DNA of 64,000 nt, taken from the IMG/VR virus record IMGVR_UViG_3300033145_001136, positions 38,948 through 102,947 of that record; one strand, 5' to 3'. This document shows, piece by piece, positions 1-10,161 of this stretch; positions within the stretch are counted from its first letter, which is position 1, and each line of letters starts with the position of its first letter. The position numbers and the translations under genes are program-made. The notes below the pieces were generated by a model that was given only the letters and a program-made list of their open reading frames with translations, did no database searches and was not told where the DNA came from. Origin of the DNA: a virus.

Positions 1-458
1 TTTTTAGATATAGTAAATACAGCACACTTACGTTTCTGTGTCTTAAATATTCCAAGCGATTTGGCATCAATTATTTCCGTAATCTTCGGAGTAGGCTTTG
101 CATCATCCTGTAATTCAACTTTGGCAATCGTTCTGGCTGCTAAAGATTTGTCATGTTTGGTTTCGTTTTGTGCTTGTTTAAACGAATTTGGCACAACACC
201 CTTAGCAATTTGTTTAAGTGTGTCAAGCATTAAATTATATTTAGATTTAAACTCCGCCCCTGATTTTGTACCAACATCTGGTATGCTAAGTCTTATTTGC
301 AACGTTAAATCTATTGCAGACCCTTCCTCGGAAACCTCGATTTTTTTAATAATATCAGATTTTTCCATTGCTGGCTTCAGTGCTTTTTTCGCTGTTTTCT
401 TTATTCCTTTCTTATTATCGCTTGGCAAATGTCTTGCCTTACCCCCTGAAATTGGCAT
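1..458 (-). CDS. Hypothetical protein, runs off the left edge of the window
   Basis: ATG at 458 with GAGG RBS directly after the GT9 stop; frame MPISGGKARHLPSDNKKGIKK... stays open to the window edge (not in the ORF track). Confidence 0.7.
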   Translation of the reverse strand, partial: MPISGGKARHLPSDNKKGIKKTAKKALKPAMEKSDIIKKIEVSEEGSAIDLTLQIRLSIPDVGTKSGAEFKSKYNLMLDTLKQIAKGVVPNSFKQAQNETKHDKSLAARTIAKVELQDDAKPTPKITEIIDAKSLGIFKTQKRKCAVFTISK

Positions 459-460
459 TC

Positions 461-1393
461 TTATACCTCTCTATACATTATTTGGTTAAATATACTATGT
501 GGAGTTAGTTCATTCATACACACATATTCACTACAAGTATCCCACCTAGAAGTGTACTGACATGGCGCACAATCTAAGCTAACTCGCAAAATCTCTGCAT
601 TTGGTTCTAGTGGTCTATTTTTAACAAGTGATGTGGGCCCCCATATGAAAAAGGTTTTTATTCCCAATACTGATGCCATATGTCCTGGCCCACAATCATT
701 CGCTATAACATAGTCGCATTGTGACAGTACATGAGAAGTTTGAAACAAAGTATATTTTCCTATACGATTATGTATAACCGCAAAAGCATCCCCCTCTATG
801 GTGGCATTATAGGCATGGTAGTCGTCAAAATCCTCGTGTTCTCCCCCAATAATAATAACTTTGTGTCCATCGCGCTGCAATAGCTCTGCAAGTTCTGCAA
901 AATGGGGCCATTTCTTACGTCCCCACTGCCAATCTGAGCGACCACCAGGTATTAAGCCGACTATTTTCTTAAATGGTTCTTGTCCATCTTCATAATCGAA
1001 CGTTTCCCCACTATTCGATGTGAGTAGTGCCATGTTTCTTGGTGGCATTTCCCCTACATACCCCAACAATCTTACCGCATCTAGATTGGATTCTGTTTCA
1101 TGGATCTGTGTAACCCTATCTCTCGGTGCCCTTACTATGCGATCGTATTTGTATCCTTTTAATTCCTCATCAGCATGAAAAATGGATTGCACCACTAAGT
1201 CATACTGTGTATGTGATGGTTGCTCACCGGTTTTGTATGTATTATTACACAAACCGATCCATAATTCAGGAAATTCTGTGAGCACATCAATACTATTAGA
1301 TGGAGCAGGGAACACCATGTGTAGCGCAGCTACTGCTGGAGAAGCGTTAAGATTATTCCCTATGCCCGATACAGAATGGTATAATATCTTCAT
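461..1393 (-). CDS. Glycosyltransferase family 9 (heptosyltransferase-like)
   Basis: GIGN...P N-terminal motif, KKWPHFAELAE, ANDCGPGHMA, WGPTS and C-terminal LDCAPC...C...CM typical of GT9. Confidence 0.85.
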   Translation of the reverse strand: MKILYHSVSGIGNNLNASPAVAALHMVFPAPSNSIDVLTEFPELWIGLCNNTYKTGEQPSHTQYDLVVQSIFHADEELKGYKYDRIVRAPRDRVTQIHETESNLDAVRLLGYVGEMPPRNMALLTSNSGETFDYEDGQEPFKKIVGLIPGGRSDWQWGRKKWPHFAELAELLQRDGHKVIIIGGEHEDFDDYHAYNATIEGDAFAVIHNRIGKYTLFQTSHVLSQCDYVIANDCGPGHMASVLGIKTFFIWGPTSLVKNRPLEPNAEILRVSLDCAPCQYTSRWDTCSEYVCMNELTPHSIFNQIMYREV

Positions 1394-1438
1394 ATTTAAG
1401 TATCCCAGAAAGCCAGAGGATTCCCCAGAAATGGCCCC

Positions 1439-1684
1439 TTACCAAATGTTGGGAGCTGGCCTACTAGCTTTCTCCTCTTCTTTCTCATCCTCTTCATCAA
1501 CGAGAGGCGTAACCTCATGGATATCCATAGAAACCGGCTCGTCCTCGAGAATTGGTTCGCTATCCTTAAGAATCTTTTTTGCCTCCGCAATCAATAGTGC
1601 AAATGCATTTTTACACGTCTTGAATGCCATCGGCGTATTCATTCCAGCCACTTTTTTCACAAATACTTCGAACTTGTCTTCCAT
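1439..1684 (-). CDS. Small acidic hypothetical protein
   Basis: 81 aa ORF, start overlaps the upstream stop, GGAG RBS. Confidence 0.6.
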   Translation of the reverse strand: MEDKFEVFVKKVAGMNTPMAFKTCKNAFALLIAEAKKILKDSEPILEDEPVSMDIHEVTPLVDEEDEKEEEKASRPAPNIW

Positions 1685-4600
1685 TAGTTTGCTCCCTTTT
1701 TATCTATGTAACTTACCTTGTGTCGCATATTAACAACAGTTACTCGATCGAACATGTGATGGTACTCTGCAATGTCACAGTGAGTAATCAAATAAATAAA
1801 AATACCATACATTTCTTTTAACATGTGTAGTAGACTTACCAACTGCATTCTATCATGTTCATCGAGATTTCCCACTCCCTCGTCCATAAATAATATCGGT
1901 AGCGTGATGGCCTTACGATTTATTAACATAATCGATAAAGCCAATCTTATAGATATATCGATCCATAGCCCCTCTCCACCCGAGAATTCCTCCAACATTC
2001 TCTCTACACCATTTACTGATGCGATAATCTTGAATGTGTCCATCCATTTTAAATTACCAGCTTCATCCTTAACCGTTTTCGCCTGCTCTCGTACCACAAT
2101 GGAAACCTGCTCATCTCTTCCAACATAATCCAGGAAACCATTTGCAATCGTTTCTACCGCAACTGACGCGTTTTCTATAATATAAGACTGTATTCCATCT
2201 GGCCCAAATACGCCATAAAGTTCTTGGAATATATCCCGAAGGTATTCGGCCTCTTCAATAGCTGTTCTATGCCCCTCGATATCTTCACGTGTCTTCTCGA
2301 TAGTTTCTAGTCGTCCTTCGATATGTCCCTGTTCACGCTCCGCATCCCGTCTGGCAGCCACATATGTGCTATGTTTGGACTTTGCCGCAACAAGCTTGTT
2401 CTCTATAGTATGAAGCTTGTCAGCAAATTCTTCCATCATTTGTGTTTCATCAGCCATAGTGTCAGCCAAAGCATCAACCTTGACACCAATCTCTGCTTCT
2501 TCTGCTTCTACCGTAGCAAGCGATTCCTCTATGTCTACTTTGCGCTCTCGTGCCTGTTGTACCGCTATCTCAGATTTCCCCTTATCTCTACGCCAATTTT
2601 CAATGTCTACCACTCTCTTATCAAATGCATTTGTTGCAAACTGAACTTCGCGTAATTGGGTTTCAACTTCGGAAAGTTTATCGATAACTGATTGGAGTTC
2701 AACCTCAATATCTCCTTTTGTTTGTTCAGCTTCAGTTAAAATCTTCTGTCTCCCTGTCAATAGTTCGGTAAATACACTGTCATCCAACCCCTCTCTACCA
2801 CAAGTTGGGCATTCTTCTTCTTGTGCTTTTTCGGTATCTCGTAATCTAGCCTGTGCCTTGCCGATATCATTTTCTATTGTTACTAATCGTTTATTTATAT
2901 TGGACCGTTCACCCAATAGGCCATCATGCATCACTGTTAATTCTTGCCCTGTAGCCTTTAGATCATCTATATTTTCTTCCTGTTTATGCTCAAGTTCTAA
3001 CCTAGCCAATGTACTGGTTGCAGAATCTATAGCCTCCTGCCATTCTTGTATTTCTTTGCTAACATCCTGCCGTCTAACATTAAATCCGGCAATATCACTT
3101 ATTAAACATTCCCGTGTACTTTGTAACTCGTTAAAATCAGCTATCTTAGTCTTTATCTCTTGCATATCCTTTTTAGTATCAAGTAAATCTGCTTCTACTT
3201 CTTCTACTTCTTTCTCCGCCATCTCCACTGCCAAGCCAGTGTCTCGTAATTTTAAAACCATTTCTGCAAGTTCTTTGCGCAAATCTTCCTCTACCTCTTG
3301 CCCAAGTAGTGTCTCAAGGGCCTCTAGCTGCCCCATACGTACCTTCAGCTTGTCATTTACAACATCGCGTTGTCCCTTAGCTATGCTTCGATATATGGGC
3401 CAAACATTAGCGTCCGGGAGCATGTTCATGAACTTCTCTTTAGCAACCGCATTCTCCAACCCCGAGAACCGATCGAATTCATTCTGCTCCAGCCATAGCG
3501 AATGCCTTATGGTATCCGCCGACATACCCAAATATTGTATTATTTCCTGCTCTGTCTCGTCTATTTTATGACAAGTGGTGATCTTACCCGATACAGTTAA
3601 CTTAGTAGATTTATCTCTCGTTCTACGTCGTTTGATTGTTGTCCCATCCATAAACACAATTTCAACCTGCATATAGTCTTGAAAATCCCTAATAAGATGA
3701 TCACCAGCAGGATATTTCCTTGTACCTGGCCCCGTCCCGAACAAACACCACATAATCGAACCAATGATGGTAGATTTACCAGAACCAATGCTTTTAGTCG
3801 GGTCACCATTTATCATTCCAACTATTAAGTTTACCATTGGCCTACCTTCATTTTCCTCAAAGGTAAGTCGTTGATTTTCACCATACGATCTATAATTACT
3901 GATGATTATTTCTACAATCGGGCTAACATCGCGAACATCGGAATATAGGGTGGGAACATCTCCATGTTTCCCATCTATAATTTCGTGTCCAAGCATAAGT
4001 ACATCATCCGATGCGCCCATATGAATATGATCCATATATGATACAAATGCGTCTGTTGGCGACTCCGTAGCACTAATATCTACATCCCGTACTTCTTTTG
4101 TCCCAAGCTTCTTGATCTTATAATCTAGCTTACGTGATTTCTTTTGTGCATCTCGTATTAACTGATGTAATTCCAAACTTCGACTTTCCTGCTCAGTACA
4201 ATCCAACGTTAAATATGTATCTGGCATCCCTTCCATTGTCTCTACAAAAATGCGCGCATCAACAAGCGTACCATCAAAACGAGTCGCAGGGTGTAGTTTC
4301 AACGACTCCGATCCGATTACACCATCATCTATCGTCACAAATCGCTTAGATTGATCCCATTCAGACTTATTTGATCGTATCAATGAACCCGTATACAAAA
4401 TTGGTAAATGATCATCAATCGTCTGTGGCGTATGAATGTCTCCCAGAACCACACCGATACAGCTCTTTTGTTGTGAATTTTTAATCGCTTTAGTTACACG
4501 CAATATGTCTTTTGCCGATAAATCTGCCTCATCAACCTTTCGTACTCCTGCAGGCACAGACGCCTCTTGTAATGGCGGGTTAGGGTGCGAAATTATGATG

Positions 4601-5085
4601 TATTTCCCACCTTCTGGTACGTGCTGTACCTGTTCCTTAAGCATGGATAACCATGCATCTGCATAGGTTGTATTCTCATACCTCTGCATAATATCTTTAG
4701 GAATGTGTGGAATAGCAACAACGTGATAATTATCGCCAGGAATAGTGTCAGGGAATGCGCACACATTAATACCGTTTACATCAAGTATTGCAAATTCAGT
4801 TACCGCATGTTCTAGATGATCTTTAAAATCGTGATTACCCGGGATAATCCAAATTTCCGAATACACCTCTCGCATATCCATCAGTTTCTTGTGCAAGGCT
4901 ATTTCTACCGACTTCGCTGGACGATATGATTGATATATGTCACCAGCTATAAATAAGCGCAGGCGTATATCACTACCTGCTGGCCTACGTTTTTTGCCAT
5001 ATTCGATGATCTGGTCTACTGCAGCAAGTTGGTCACCCAATTTTGCCGCCATAAAATGCCAGTCAGCAGTTATAACGTCAATCAT
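1684..5085 (-). CDS. Fused SbcD/Mre11 nuclease - SbcC/Rad50 ATPase
   Basis: Metallophosphoesterase motifs ADWH, AGD, PGNHD, SH, GDIH; then Walker A GSGKST, Q-loop LEQ, coiled coil with CPTC zinc hook, FSGGE signature, FMDEG Walker B, ITH. Likely start MIDVIT at 5085 (GAAGGAG RBS). Confidence 0.9.
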   Translation of the reverse strand: MIDVITADWHFMAAKLGDQLAAVDQIIEYGKKRRPAGSDIRLRLFIAGDIYQSYRPAKSVEIALHKKLMDMREVYSEIWIIPGNHDFKDHLEHAVTEFAILDVNGINVCAFPDTIPGDNYHVVAIPHIPKDIMQRYENTTYADAWLSMLKEQVQHVPEGGKYIIISHPNPPLQEASVPAGVRKVDEADLSAKDILRVTKAIKNSQQKSCIGVVLGDIHTPQTIDDHLPILYTGSLIRSNKSEWDQSKRFVTIDDGVIGSESLKLHPATRFDGTLVDARIFVETMEGMPDTYLTLDCTEQESRSLELHQLIRDAQKKSRKLDYKIKKLGTKEVRDVDISATESPTDAFVSYMDHIHMGASDDVLMLGHEIIDGKHGDVPTLYSDVRDVSPIVEIIISNYRSYGENQRLTFEENEGRPMVNLIVGMINGDPTKSIGSGKSTIIGSIMWCLFGTGPGTRKYPAGDHLIRDFQDYMQVEIVFMDGTTIKRRRTRDKSTKLTVSGKITTCHKIDETEQEIIQYLGMSADTIRHSLWLEQNEFDRFSGLENAVAKEKFMNMLPDANVWPIYRSIAKGQRDVVNDKLKVRMGQLEALETLLGQEVEEDLRKELAEMVLKLRDTGLAVEMAEKEVEEVEADLLDTKKDMQEIKTKIADFNELQSTRECLISDIAGFNVRRQDVSKEIQEWQEAIDSATSTLARLELEHKQEENIDDLKATGQELTVMHDGLLGERSNINKRLVTIENDIGKAQARLRDTEKAQEEECPTCGREGLDDSVFTELLTGRQKILTEAEQTKGDIEVELQSVIDKLSEVETQLREVQFATNAFDKRVVDIENWRRDKGKSEIAVQQARERKVDIEESLATVEAEEAEIGVKVDALADTMADETQMMEEFADKLHTIENKLVAAKSKHSTYVAARRDAEREQGHIEGRLETIEKTREDIEGHRTAIEEAEYLRDIFQELYGVFGPDGIQSYIIENASVAVETIANGFLDYVGRDEQVSIVVREQAKTVKDEAGNLKWMDTFKIIASVNGVERMLEEFSGGEGLWIDISIRLALSIMLINRKAITLPILFMDEGVGNLDEHDRMQLVSLLHMLKEMYGIFIYLITHCDIAEYHHMFDRVTVVNMRHKVSYIDKKGAN

Positions 5086-8000
5086 AGCTCTCCTTCTTAT
5101 CGATAAGTGGTTTCCCGGCAAGCTCTGTACCATCCGTCAAGTCCCACGCTTCAAATCGGTCCCATGTAGAGAATGTTTTCGAACCTTTAAATTCCCCTAT
5201 TGTTCCTATTAGTAGGTATGGCTCCCCTGTTCTAAATTTTCCTGCGTATCTATCTTTTGTTTTTCCAAAGATTACTATTTCTAATGTATCCATGGAATCA
5301 CCGATATTAATACGCATACATGGGTTACCCTTTGCCGACACAAATTCGGTCGTTTTGTCCACAATACCCATGATCCCCACTGCCATGGCCAAATTTTGTT
5401 CCTCAATTTCGTGCATATCAATAATGTCCATGTCCTTTACTCTTATTATTTCTTCTGCGCGATCATCATATAGTGACAGTCTATCATCTTCCTTACCACA
5501 ATTTACCCCTAACATATCTACTTCGAATCGTAACAGTATCTCCGGTATGTATTCTGGCTCATCCTCATACTTCGAGAAAGCCTCCCCCATGTCCTCCCAC
5601 GCAAGTCCCCCTGTTCTGTATTTATCTTTTTTCGAATAATTAATGATTCTATCTAATACAGGTTGCGTTACTTTATCGGGCTTACCACTCTGTTGAATAA
5701 GTTCTTCCCTAAGTATTGAAAATAGTGTAATCGGCTTGCTCCTACCTCGCGGCAACCCACGGAAACACCCCGCTTTTAATAACGCCACTTTGACAGTCTT
5801 ATTACATAGTTTGGCCGAAATCCGTCGTGAAAAGTCTAGGAAATCTAGAAAATCTCCCCTGTCCTCGCGTTCTTCTATAATAGCGTTACAGGCTGCTTCC
5901 CCAACCCCCTTAATAGCGCGTAATCCAATAGTAACGCTATCTGCTTCAAATGTTGTATGTGCCTGTGCAGTATTAATTGCTGGCGGCAAAAGCTCACCCT
6001 GGTCTAGCGTTTTTATTAATCGTTTAATTTCCTTATAGGCCCGCAATTGTTCATCCGATTTACCTTCGTATGAATTTAGCTCTGCTACCATATATGCCAG
6101 TGGGTAGTGCGCCTTAAGATAGGCGGTGGCGTAAGTTATTAGAGAATATCCGACGGCATGGCTGAGATTCCAATTATAGGCGGCTGATGGCTTAATGTCT
6201 TCAAATACCTGTTTTGCCAATACCCCGTTTTTCCCCCTGGCTACAGCCCTCTTCAAGAAAATCTCTCCCTCTGCATCCATATCTGCTTTGACTTTTTTGC
6301 CAATAATTCTCCTTAAATTATCTGCCTCATCATCGGTATACCCAGCAATTACCTTGGCCGCTTCCATAATCTGCTCTTGGTATAACATAATCCCATATGT
6401 ATCTTTAAATATTTCTTCTAGCTCTGGGTGTATGTATTTGATCTTGGTTGAATCATGTCTACGTTCTATGTAATTGGCCGAAGCACCCGATTCTATCGCC
6501 CCCGTACGGTGTAGTGCATTTAAAGCCACAAGCAATTCAAATGTATCCGTATCCAATTGTTTTGCCATGTGTCTAAATCCAGGCGATGACAGTTGAAATA
6601 TATGCTTGGTCTCACCCGACTTAATCAAATCAAATGTTTTCTTGTCATCAAGTGGCATTCGCCACGGAGCACCAGTCGGCAAACCCCCGTATTGCTCAGC
6701 TATGATCCCCATTGCAGCATAGATTACGTCTATTGTGCGCAAGCCAAGCAAATCGAGCTTAACAAACCCCAAGTCCTCTATATCATGCATATCTACTTGC
6801 GTAACCTCGGTGGGATCTTTACTACTTGTTTTAGCCATCGAAACAAATTTGTCTAAATCTTCGTTAGTAATAACCACCGCAGCAGCATGCTTACCAAGTG
6901 ATTTTGGCGTCCCGGTTATTGCCTCGGCATACTCCACCCATCTAACTTTCGTTAATGGTTCGCGTCCTTGTACAAGCCGCCTATTTTCTGTCACCTCCTC
7001 TAAGAAAGTGACCTCTCGCTTTTCCATATCAGTAAGTACTGAATTGCCCTTGTCCCTCATTGATTGGATCGTTGTTCCCGGCTCTTCTGGAACTCGCTTG
7101 GTCATCTCGTTGGCATATGTAAATCCCAACTCATACCCCCGCGCTACCTCCTTAATCGCCAACTTTGCACCATAGGTATTGAATGTACCAATATGCGCCA
7201 CCATCGCACCTTTAAATAGCTCTTCTAAATACTTAAGGCATTTCCCTCTAACTTCACCCCCAACATCAATGTCAATGTCCGGGAGTGTTACTCTCGATTT
7301 GTTAAGAAATCTTTCAAACGAGAGTTTATATTCGATAGGGTCCACGACAGTAATATTGAGGAGGTACACAACAAGACTCCCCGAACAACTTCCCCGGCCA
7401 GGCCCAACAGGAATGTTGTTTTCACCTGCCCATTTGACGAAATCCCAGAACGTGAGGAAGTAGTCTGCGAATCCAAGCTCATTGATAACCCTCAATTCTT
7501 TCTCTAATCGCTCTCTGTATACATCCTGATCTTTAGTAGCGATATGATTAAATGTAATATCCCAGTTATCTTCACAAATCTTCCGCAAAAGATCCTGCGC
7601 TGTCAACCCAGTTGGCACCTTTGGGTATTGTGGCATATATTTACCCGGCACGCGCTCAACCTCATAGTCTTCTACCCTATCGGCAATATATGCAGTATTA
7701 GTTAGCCATTCCTCCGGTATATCTCCCTTCTCGAGTAGTTCATCAACAGTCTTCATCCAAAATTCATTATGTTCATACATCATTCGATTAGACTTGTCCG
7801 CCCAAATGTTTTTACCGGTCCGTACCGCCAACAAAAGATCCTGTCGCCAATAATCCTCTTCCGTCATATAGTGCACGTCATTAGTCAAAATAATCGGCAC
7901 ATTTTTTAATTCTGGCGTATTTAATACAAACTCTCTTATTACATCTTCCTCTGTTATGCCATGCTTCATAAGCTCTATAAATACGTTGTCCTCACCAAAA

Positions 8001-8518
8001 TACTCCTTATATATTGAAATTAACTCTATTGCCCTTGCCCCATCCCCATCAATGATAGCACGCGCAAATTCACCCTGTATACACCCCGTACCAATGGCTA
8101 TCCCTTCTCCATGCTCTGCCATTAACGCATGATCAATCCGTCCCTGCATCCTATAATATCCATCACGAAATCCAAGTGTACTCAGTTTCATCAGGTTGTG
8201 ATACCCAATCTTATTCATGGCCCACATAGTCAAATGCCACGAGAACCGCTCAAGTTTTCCATCCGGTCCCTTATGGTATGATTTCTTATCCTGCCCTCCG
8301 ACCGCTATATATGCCTCCATCCCGGCTATGGGTTTAATCTTTGCTTTCTCACACGCCCAAATAAAGGATGGCATCGCAAACATGTTGCCATGCTCGGTCA
8401 CACAACACGCCTGTGGGTCAAATTGTTTTGCAGCTTCTATATATTCTTCTCGCTTCGCGACACCATCAAGAAGGCTATATACACTATGGTTGTGTAGGTG
8501 TACGAATCTCACGCCCAA
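5078..8518 (-). CDS. dnaE: DNA polymerase III alpha subunit (family C, DnaE type)
   Basis: PHP domain HLHNHSVYSLLDG, GPGRGS, FERFLN, PDIDID, HAAAVVI, KLDLLGL, YQEQIM, HhH AIKGVG, C-terminal OB fold. Confidence 0.97.
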   Translation of the reverse strand: MGVRFVHLHNHSVYSLLDGVAKREEYIEAAKQFDPQACCVTEHGNMFAMPSFIWACEKAKIKPIAGMEAYIAVGGQDKKSYHKGPDGKLERFSWHLTMWAMNKIGYHNLMKLSTLGFRDGYYRMQGRIDHALMAEHGEGIAIGTGCIQGEFARAIIDGDGARAIELISIYKEYFGEDNVFIELMKHGITEEDVIREFVLNTPELKNVPIILTNDVHYMTEEDYWRQDLLLAVRTGKNIWADKSNRMMYEHNEFWMKTVDELLEKGDIPEEWLTNTAYIADRVEDYEVERVPGKYMPQYPKVPTGLTAQDLLRKICEDNWDITFNHIATKDQDVYRERLEKELRVINELGFADYFLTFWDFVKWAGENNIPVGPGRGSCSGSLVVYLLNITVVDPIEYKLSFERFLNKSRVTLPDIDIDVGGEVRGKCLKYLEELFKGAMVAHIGTFNTYGAKLAIKEVARGYELGFTYANEMTKRVPEEPGTTIQSMRDKGNSVLTDMEKREVTFLEEVTENRRLVQGREPLTKVRWVEYAEAITGTPKSLGKHAAAVVITNEDLDKFVSMAKTSSKDPTEVTQVDMHDIEDLGFVKLDLLGLRTIDVIYAAMGIIAEQYGGLPTGAPWRMPLDDKKTFDLIKSGETKHIFQLSSPGFRHMAKQLDTDTFELLVALNALHRTGAIESGASANYIERRHDSTKIKYIHPELEEIFKDTYGIMLYQEQIMEAAKVIAGYTDDEADNLRRIIGKKVKADMDAEGEIFLKRAVARGKNGVLAKQVFEDIKPSAAYNWNLSHAVGYSLITYATAYLKAHYPLAYMVAELNSYEGKSDEQLRAYKEIKRLIKTLDQGELLPPAINTAQAHTTFEADSVTIGLRAIKGVGEAACNAIIEEREDRGDFLDFLDFSRRISAKLCNKTVKVALLKAGCFRGLPRGRSKPITLFSILREELIQQSGKPDKVTQPVLDRIINYSKKDKYRTGGLAWEDMGEAFSKYEDEPEYIPEILLRFEVDMLGVNCGKEDDRLSLYDDRAEEIIRVKDMDIIDMHEIEEQNLAMAVGIMGIVDKTTEFVSAKGNPCMRINIGDSMDTLEIVIFGKTKDRYAGKFRTGEPYLLIGTIGEFKGSKTFSTWDRFEAWDLTDGTELAGKPLIDKKESYD

Positions 8519-9053
8519 GGTCCTCCATTAAATTTTTATAGGCCTTTTCCGAAAAATAACCCAGGCGCGGATTTGCGCCTGGTCTAGATTCAGACGTATC
8601 AACTAGCCTTACCTTACCCCTAATCACCGGCTGCCTGCCATGTCGCTGAAGCACCCTGGTTATCGTATCTCCAGTTACATCGTGTTTTCTAGCCAATTGT
8701 GCTCGCGTAGCCCCAATTTTATATTCGTAACAAATATCCTGCTCTTCTCTTGGTGTAAATCTATACCAATAATATCCAGCCTTACCATCACTTGTTATAA
8801 TGGCCCGCATATATCCCTTGACCTTTGCCTTAGTTTTTCTTGGACATGTGCCATGACGTTTAAGCACCCTAGAGATTGTACTTACCGACACTTCGTGTTT
8901 TTTAGCTAGCTGTAATCTCGTAATCCCCATCTTGTGTTCACAGCAAATATTCAGCTCTTCATTTGGCGTAAACCTATACCAGTAGCTCCCAAGCCTCCCA
9001 TTTTCCAGAGTAAGGACCCGCATATATCCTCTTACTTTAGTTTTGCCAGCCAT
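8484..9053 (-). CDS. Protein with two tandem helix-turn-helix repeats
   Basis: Two ~70 aa repeats KV.GYMR.....G..G.YWYRFTP.EE..IC.E.K.G.TR.QLA.KH.V...TI.RVL.RHG; likely start MAGKTK at 9053. Confidence 0.7.
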   Translation of the reverse strand: MAGKTKVRGYMRVLTLENGRLGSYWYRFTPNEELNICCEHKMGITRLQLAKKHEVSVSTISRVLKRHGTCPRKTKAKVKGYMRAIITSDGKAGYYWYRFTPREEQDICYEYKIGATRAQLARKHDVTGDTITRVLQRHGRQPVIRGKVRLVDTSESRPGANPRLGYFSEKAYKNLMEDLGREIRTPTQP

Positions 9054-9403
9054 TAGTTGATATACCACATCCCTTCGGGACGCTGTTCGGCCCAAGCCAG
9101 TAACGTTGCTATTGCGATACCGACATTCCCAGGTGTGGGTATCCAATAATCATCTGTCATTGGGTTTGTGCCTAGTTTCATCACTGCAGCCCGTAATTCT
9201 GGGATTGTGTCTTCTGCAAACCGCTCATGAAGTCCCCCAAAACTGAAACCTATCAAATGTGTAACTTCTGCATAATTATACGTTACATTAAGCCATGTTT
9301 CTGTGTATCCGCCGTCTACTGTTGTACCGCCACCTTCATGATGCGGTACATCTGTATATAGCCGCGCTTCTACTGGATCTCTAAGCTCAATATCCCAACT
9401 CAT
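9053..9403 (-). CDS. Hypothetical phage protein
   Basis: 116 aa, GGAGG RBS, NVTYNY and DDYW.PTPGN motifs. Confidence 0.7.
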   Translation of the reverse strand: MSWDIELRDPVEARLYTDVPHHEGGGTTVDGGYTETWLNVTYNYAEVTHLIGFSFGGLHERFAEDTIPELRAAVMKLGTNPMTDDYWIPTPGNVGIAIATLLAWAEQRPEGMWYIN

Positions 9404-9431
9404 TCAAATACCTCCCAAGCTTGATGACCAT

Positions 9432-9713
9432 TTAGACAGAATTAATAATGATCTCCGTTCCTTCTAAGTTATTCGCCATATTGCGCAATCCATTAATTAA
9501 GCGTTGTTTTTCTGCTTCTATTTCAGCATTAAGCCTGCCTAAGTACTTTTTCGCCCCTAGGCACACACGACACTCATCAAATAACATATCGTTTCCGGTT
9601 AGTCCAGAATCGCGCCTCTTAGCATGCACCTGGAAACCTTCGGCCCCTCGTACATCATCGATAATTGTAGAATCTTTTGTTAGGCCGCAATCCACACATG
9701 TTTTTGTACTCAT
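9432..9713 (-). CDS. Hypothetical protein with two CxxC pairs
   Basis: CVDC and CRVC; operon packing. Confidence 0.6.
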   Translation of the reverse strand: MSTKTCVDCGLTKDSTIIDDVRGAEGFQVHAKRRDSGLTGNDMLFDECRVCLGAKKYLGRLNAEIEAEKQRLINGLRNMANNLEGTEIIINSV

Positions 9714-9714
9714 T

Positions 9715-10038
9715 TTACTTCCCTTTCTTCATGTCAGTGAGTATTTTGGATATTTCTTTAAAAACTCCGTAATGAACTTTCCCACATTCCTGACATACCC
9801 ATCCCCCAGCTATAAATTCATGTAGTGTCGGGGCATGCTTATTAAGCGGAACCCTATTACAGTGGACACACGTAACGTGTTGCAGAATACCATCCAATAA
9901 ACTTCTCATTCGCTCTTGTACCCCCGGACATTGCTCCGCTATGGCTTCTTCAAGCTTATCAGCCATCTCGCGAAAATATTCGATGGCCTGCTCGCAAAGT
10001 TCTGCCGACATTCTTACAGTGTGATCTCCCTCAGGCAT
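9715..10038 (-). CDS. Hypothetical zinc-ribbon protein
   Basis: CVHC and CQEC; AAGGAGG RBS. Confidence 0.65.
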   Translation of the reverse strand: MPEGDHTVRMSAELCEQAIEYFREMADKLEEAIAEQCPGVQERMRSLLDGILQHVTCVHCNRVPLNKHAPTLHEFIAGGWVCQECGKVHYGVFKEISKILTDMKKGK

Positions 10039-10053
10039 TTTTGTTCATCCTCC

Positions 10054-10161
10054 TTACCAAACTTCTATTGATAATGTATCCATTTCTTTAATAATTTTCA
10101 CCACACCAAATGCTGTCAGTACCGCTATGCCCACAACAATTAACCACTTAAATATATTCAT
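10054..10161 (-). CDS. Small membrane protein (35 aa)
   Basis: MNIFKWLIVVGIAVLTAFGVVKIIKE...; ATG overlaps the UDG TGA. Confidence 0.5.
   Translation of the reverse strand: MNIFKWLIVVGIAVLTAFGVVKIIKEMDTLSIEVW

Noticed and set aside
1394-1441. 81 aa ORF is in frame with the GT9 gene, suggesting readthrough
   Set aside because: Stop is TAA, GT9 begins with a typical MKIL N-terminus, and in-frame adjacency occurs one time in three by chance
2323-7463. Long plus-strand ORFs opposite sbcCD and dnaE (and similar ones throughout)
   Set aside because: Ser/Ile/Leu-rich antisense shadows of well-supported minus-strand genes
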